DNA of 51,056 nucleotides from a virus (Duplodnaviria; Caudoviricetes), in the IMG/VR virus record IMGVR_UViG_3300030095_005945, positions 1 to 51,056 of that record. One strand, 5' to 3'. Made by a program: the position numbers and the translations under genes. Numbering within the stretch: the stretch's first letter is position 1; each line of letters begins with the position of its first letter. This document shows positions 47,228 to 51,056 of this stretch, piece by piece. Under the pieces are notes generated by a model that saw only the letters and a list, made by a program, of their open reading frames with translations, had not been told where the DNA came from and did no database searches.

Positions 47228-47638
47228 ATGGCGATTTTAAAAGGACAATGGGGTGGACTTGCAAATACTAATTATGGTGAAACTTTTCTTCAATGGGCGG
47301 ATACAACACATTTAGAAGATTTAACACAAGTTTTTCCAGAAGATATTCATTGTGATTGGACTTTATGGGTAAATACAGCAAGTAATGATTGGGCTAATGC
47401 TCTTTCCAATATTGTTCTTAATGTACATGTAAGTTATGATGGTGGAACAACTTATCATATAATGAAAACAGAAACAATATTAAGTGGAAATATAAAAGGC
47501 AAACCTTATAGATTTAAATATAGATTTAATAGTGATGGAGTAGTTCCTAAATTTAAAATAGGATTAGATCCTAGTGCTGCTCTTAATAGTTCAGGTACAG
47601 GAAAAGAAAAAATTTATTTAAGGCTAATGAAACACTAA
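47228..47638 (+). CDS. Small beta-rich virion protein (paralog 2)
   Basis: IHCDWTL...VSYDGGTTY...VPKFKIGLDPS. Confidence 0.55.
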   Translation: MAILKGQWGGLANTNYGETFLQWADTTHLEDLTQVFPEDIHCDWTLWVNTASNDWANALSNIVLNVHVSYDGGTTYHIMKTETILSGNIKGKPYRFKYRFNSDGVVPKFKIGLDPSAALNSSGTGKEKIYLRLMKH

Positions 47639-47724
47639 TGGCTACTGTAACATCAAATAATATAGGAACGCCTTGGAGCGGAGTAAAGCCTGATACTAGA
47701 AGAAAACATGGGAAGAAGGATTAA
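47638..47724 (+). CDS. 28-aa peptide
   Basis: MATVTSNNIGTPWSGVKPDTRRKHGKKD; TAATG-coupled at both ends. Confidence 0.55.
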   Translation: MATVTSNNIGTPWSGVKPDTRRKHGKKD

Positions 47725-48362
47725 TGGGTGTAATATTAAATAGAGTAAAAGATTTAGTAGGAGATCCTACAGCGGGGTTTGATGCATCAGATCCTCCTTA
47801 TAATTCAGCTATTAATGAAGTAATTGATTTAACTCCTGCTGATATTCTTATTAAAGATGCTAGCTTACATTCAATGACTTCTGATGAATGGACATCTGGT
47901 GGAGATAAAAAGATTTTAAAAGTATTGCGAAGAGATGGAGATTCAGGGAGTATGGTTCCTGCTACTGAAATAGCTCGTGAGGAGTGGGATTTACATAATA
48001 ATACAGATTCTATATATTATAGAAGTTCTTTTGCTCCAAAATTCTCTTTATTTTCTGATGGAACTAATACTAAATTAATGGTAACGCCAACGCCTACTGT
48101 ATCGCAAAAAGCTGATGTATATTACTTAGCATATAATCCAGGGACATTAAATAGTGATGCTACCGTTCCAAAGGTAAGTGCTAGCTTAGAACAAGCTATT
48201 GTTTTAAAAACAGCTATTAATATATTAGCTAATAAGATATCTGATGCAGTACAGGATGAAGAAGATTCTGAAATATTGCAGTTATTACAAGCTCAAAGCG
48301 CTAATCTACAATCTTTATATCAAGTTGAAATGAGCAGAATAACAGGAGAAAAAGCAGAATGA
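47724..48362 (+). CDS. Head-tail adaptor / ring protein
   Basis: Helix-beta-helix layout, LMVTPTP...VYY, LEQAIVLKTA; gene position. Confidence 0.55.
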   Translation: MGVILNRVKDLVGDPTAGFDASDPPYNSAINEVIDLTPADILIKDASLHSMTSDEWTSGGDKKILKVLRRDGDSGSMVPATEIAREEWDLHNNTDSIYYRSSFAPKFSLFSDGTNTKLMVTPTPTVSQKADVYYLAYNPGTLNSDATVPKVSASLEQAIVLKTAINILANKISDAVQDEEDSEILQLLQAQSANLQSLYQVEMSRITGEKAE

Positions 48363-48652
48363 AGATTAGACAAGTTTTAGAATTAGTGCAACAACATCAT
48401 CCTGATGTGGGTGAAGTTGAATTATTAAAATATATTAATCAAGCAATGGATACATTTGCTGAAGAAACTAAAATAGTAGAAGAGTCTTTTACTACAACTA
48501 CAGTTGCTAATCAAAGATATTATGATGTAGATCAAGAAATACCAGGTATATTAGAAATAGATAGAGTTACTTTAACAGATGCCGATGGTAGAGGGTTTGA
48601 AATACCTAGATTGGTAGGTATACCTAAAGAAGAAGATAAGGACTTAATTTAA
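48359..48652 (+). CDS. Adaptor-like protein, N-terminal-half type
   Basis: ELLKYINQAMDTFAEET...VANQRYYD. Confidence 0.5.
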   Translation: MKIRQVLELVQQHHPDVGEVELLKYINQAMDTFAEETKIVEESFTTTTVANQRYYDVDQEIPGILEIDRVTLTDADGRGFEIPRLVGIPKEEDKDLI

Positions 48653-49044
48653 TGGCTTTAAAGAAGAAATATGCATACTATATAGATAGAGGCAAATTAG
48701 CTATTGTAGAATTTGGAGGTACTAGTAATGATTCTGATACTCTTACTGGTTGGCAAAGTGTATCTACTGCTGGTAAAACTGTAAGGTTATTTACTAAAGG
48801 ATTAGCCGCTCCAATAACAACTGCTTCTGATAAAGCAACAGAATTAACAACTGCTATCCCTTCTAGGTATCATCAAGCTATAATAAGTTTAGCTATAAGT
48901 TATTTATACTTAAGACCAGATAAAACTAATGCCGAAATGTATGCTTTACATAAACGTGAATATATGGAAATGCTTAAAAGAGCTAAAAGATGGAAAAAAA
49001 TGGGAAGACGTACAACAGGCTTTATTAAACCAGTGGATTTTTAG
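48652..49044 (+). CDS. Adaptor-like protein, C-terminal-half type
   Basis: IPSRYHQAIISLAISYLY...EYMEMLKRAK. Confidence 0.5.
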   Translation: MALKKKYAYYIDRGKLAIVEFGGTSNDSDTLTGWQSVSTAGKTVRLFTKGLAAPITTASDKATELTTAIPSRYHQAIISLAISYLYLRPDKTNAEMYALHKREYMEMLKRAKRWKKMGRRTTGFIKPVDF

Positions 49045-51056
49045 ATGGCATGGACAGGTGATAATGTAGCTATAGACACTAATTACTATCAGGATGTAGT
49101 TATTACTGGTAGCCTTACAGTTGATAGTAAGATAAAATTAAATGACAATATTTTAACAACTGCTACAAACATACCTTTAATATTAAAAACAGATTCTCTT
49201 ATCATAAAGCCTTATGGCGATTCAACCCCTGATGATGGAATACTTGATATACAAAAACATGATGGTTCAAGTGTATTTAAAGTTAATCCGAATACAGGAG
49301 TTGTTGATATTAATGGTTCTTTTAATGCGGGATCTATCGGTATTTCATCTCTTGATTTAGACAACATTGACATAGATGGTAATATAATTAAGATTGACAG
49401 CACTGGTAGATCAGATGGTAGTATTGATAATAGAGTTCAAATAGAGCAGTTATTAGTTAAAATAGGATCTAATCAAGCTGATTTGTTTTCAGTTCAAGAT
49501 TCTTCTGGTGGAAATGTAATAAACGTAGATACAACTGCAAGTCCTAATTTAGTTTTAATAGATGCATCAATTAGATTAGGAGGATCTGGAGCTTATATAG
49601 CGACTAATGAAACTACTGATATAGATTTTCAAGCAAATGACAAAACAACTGTAATGAGGTTTGAAACTGACAATAAGCGTCTAGGCATAAATACTACAAC
49701 TCCTGCAGCAGCATTACATGCAGTAGGTGCAAATGCAGGTTATTTCAGTAATTCTGCAGCTCAAGATTGTTTAGTTACTATTCAGGGTGGTTCTAGTAAT
49801 GATGCAGTTTTGACTTTTAAAGCTGATAAAGGTTTAGCTAGTGCAAATATAACAAAAGTATATCAAGAAGATGGTGTGGGATTTCACATAAAAACTAATA
49901 ATTCCCTTGTAGATTCTATGACTATATTATCTGCTGGAAATGTTGGTATAGGTAATACAGCTCCTGAATCTAAGCTAGAAGTAAATGGAGACATACGAAT
50001 ACCTAATGGTAATAGATTGTATTTTTATGAAGGTTATGATTATAATTACTTAGACTTTTCTAGTGGAACTTTAAATGTAGGATATACAGCTGATGCTCTT
50101 AGATTTGATTTAAATGAAAGTACTACCAAAACTATGGAGATGGTAGCTAATTCTAATTTTGAAATAAAAGGCTACAATGATAAAGACATATTTATAACTC
50201 CACAAGGAACAGGTAAAGTAGGGATAGGTACTACATCTCCTGGTGCTGCATTACACTTAGCTAGCTCAGGTCTTATGACATTGCTTCAATCTAGCTCAAC
50301 ACTTAATAGTATGCAATTCCAAGATAGCAATACTGGATTGTCTTCAAATGCAAATAATGGTACTACTATAGGTACTAATACAGGTGTTTTTCACATAAAC
50401 AACAGAGAAGACAAGAATATACAATTTGCTACAAATGATACTACTAGAATGATAATAAAAAATAATGGTATGGTAGGTATAGGACTCTCTCCCTCTGTCA
50501 ATTTACATGTATTAAGAAATGGATATAAAGAAGTTGCAAGATTTGAAAGTACATCAGTAACAGGTTCAAGAATAACTATTGAAAGTGATTCTAATTTATC
50601 TTCTACAGTTGCAGAAAGAGATGGGCATCTTGTATTGCAAGATACTAATTCAAGAAAAGTAGCTATAGGATTTGACCAACCTGATTCATTATTGCATATG
50701 TCAGGCGCTGACCCTTATATGACATTTACTAATACAGCTTTAGAAGACAGTGCAGAAGGTAGAGAATCTAAATTAATATTTGAAGGAACTACAGTTGCAG
50801 GTGGCTCTGCTTATGATTCAGCACAACATCATTTAGCTGAAATTAATGTATCTCACTATAAGAATGAAAATGATAAAAAAGGTCAGTTTACATTTAAAGT
50901 AAACGATGGTAATGATGATAATGGTAGTCTTCAAACAGCTGTAAATATAGATTCTTATAAAAATGTAGTTATAGGTGGTAGAACATCTTTTAATGGCACT
51001 ACAGGCTCTTGTGCAGCTTTATATGCTGAGTATACAGGCTCTGCTATGGGAACTAC
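49045..51056 (+). CDS. Tail fibre, N-terminal part (open to window end; ~1403 aa when joined to 1-2332)
   Basis: MAWTGDNVAID...; repeats RLGINTTTP, GNVGIGNTAP, GKVGIGTTSP, GMVGIGLSP; absent from the ORF track because no stop is reached. Confidence 0.85.
   Translation, partial: MAWTGDNVAIDTNYYQDVVITGSLTVDSKIKLNDNILTTATNIPLILKTDSLIIKPYGDSTPDDGILDIQKHDGSSVFKVNPNTGVVDINGSFNAGSIGISSLDLDNIDIDGNIIKIDSTGRSDGSIDNRVQIEQLLVKIGSNQADLFSVQDSSGGNVINVDTTASPNLVLIDASIRLGGSGAYIATNETTDIDFQANDKTTVMRFETDNKRLGINTTTPAAALHAVGANAGYFSNSAAQDCLVTIQGGSSNDAVLTFKADKGLASANITKVYQEDGVGFHIKTNNSLVDSMTILSAGNVGIGNTAPESKLEVNGDIRIPNGNRLYFYEGYDYNYLDFSSGTLNVGYTADALRFDLNESTTKTMEMVANSNFEIKGYNDKDIFITPQGTGKVGIGTTSPGAALHLASSGLMTLLQSSSTLNSMQFQDSNTGLSSNANNGTTIGTNTGVFHINNREDKNIQFATNDTTRMIIKNNGMVGIGLSPSVNLHVLRNGYKEVARFESTSVTGSRITIESDSNLSSTVAERDGHLVLQDTNSRKVAIGFDQPDSLLHMSGADPYMTFTNTALEDSAEGRESKLIFEGTTVAGGSAYDSAQHHLAEINVSHYKNENDKKGQFTFKVNDGNDDNGSLQTAVNIDSYKNVVIGGRTSFNGTTGSCAALYAEYTGSAMGT
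50925..51056. repeat. Terminal direct overlap, copy 2
   Basis: Matches 1-132 with two mismatches. Confidence 0.95.

Noticed and set aside
49045-51056. Diversity-generating retroelement acting on the tail fibre
   Set aside because: No reverse transcriptase and no TR/VR pair differing at adenines; the end mismatches are C/T synonymous

Overview
Apparently complete, circularly assembled ~50.9 kb AT-rich dsDNA tailed-phage genome: bases 1-132 recur at 50925-51056. It looks podovirus-like and lytic, with no integrase or DNA polymerase recognised. The + strand (38.3 kb through the join to 26.1 kb) carries terminase, portal, scaffold, major capsid, adaptor and tail genes. It also carries a tail fibre with an S74 chaperone, a lysozyme and holin, a metallophosphoesterase, an anticodon-domain-less class II aaRS paralog whose stop codon lies inside a tRNA-Asn gene, candidate ejection proteins and a 2997-aa protein with a two-barrel RNA-polymerase DxDGD motif plus a macrodomain-like insert. 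The - strand (38.0 to 26.1 kb) carries small early genes, a cluster of end-paired structured RNA-like elements, a GP88-like protein, a Sak4-like ATPase, an AEP primase-helicase, an HNH nuclease and a spore-photoproduct-lyase-family radical SAM enzyme. Highlights are the putative virion RNAP, the aaRS-paralog/tRNA-Asn overlap, a candidate selenoprotein (in-frame TGA at a Cys position), the RNA element array and five promoters with an identical 18-nt spacer. All protein calls come from reading motifs by eye; no searches were run.
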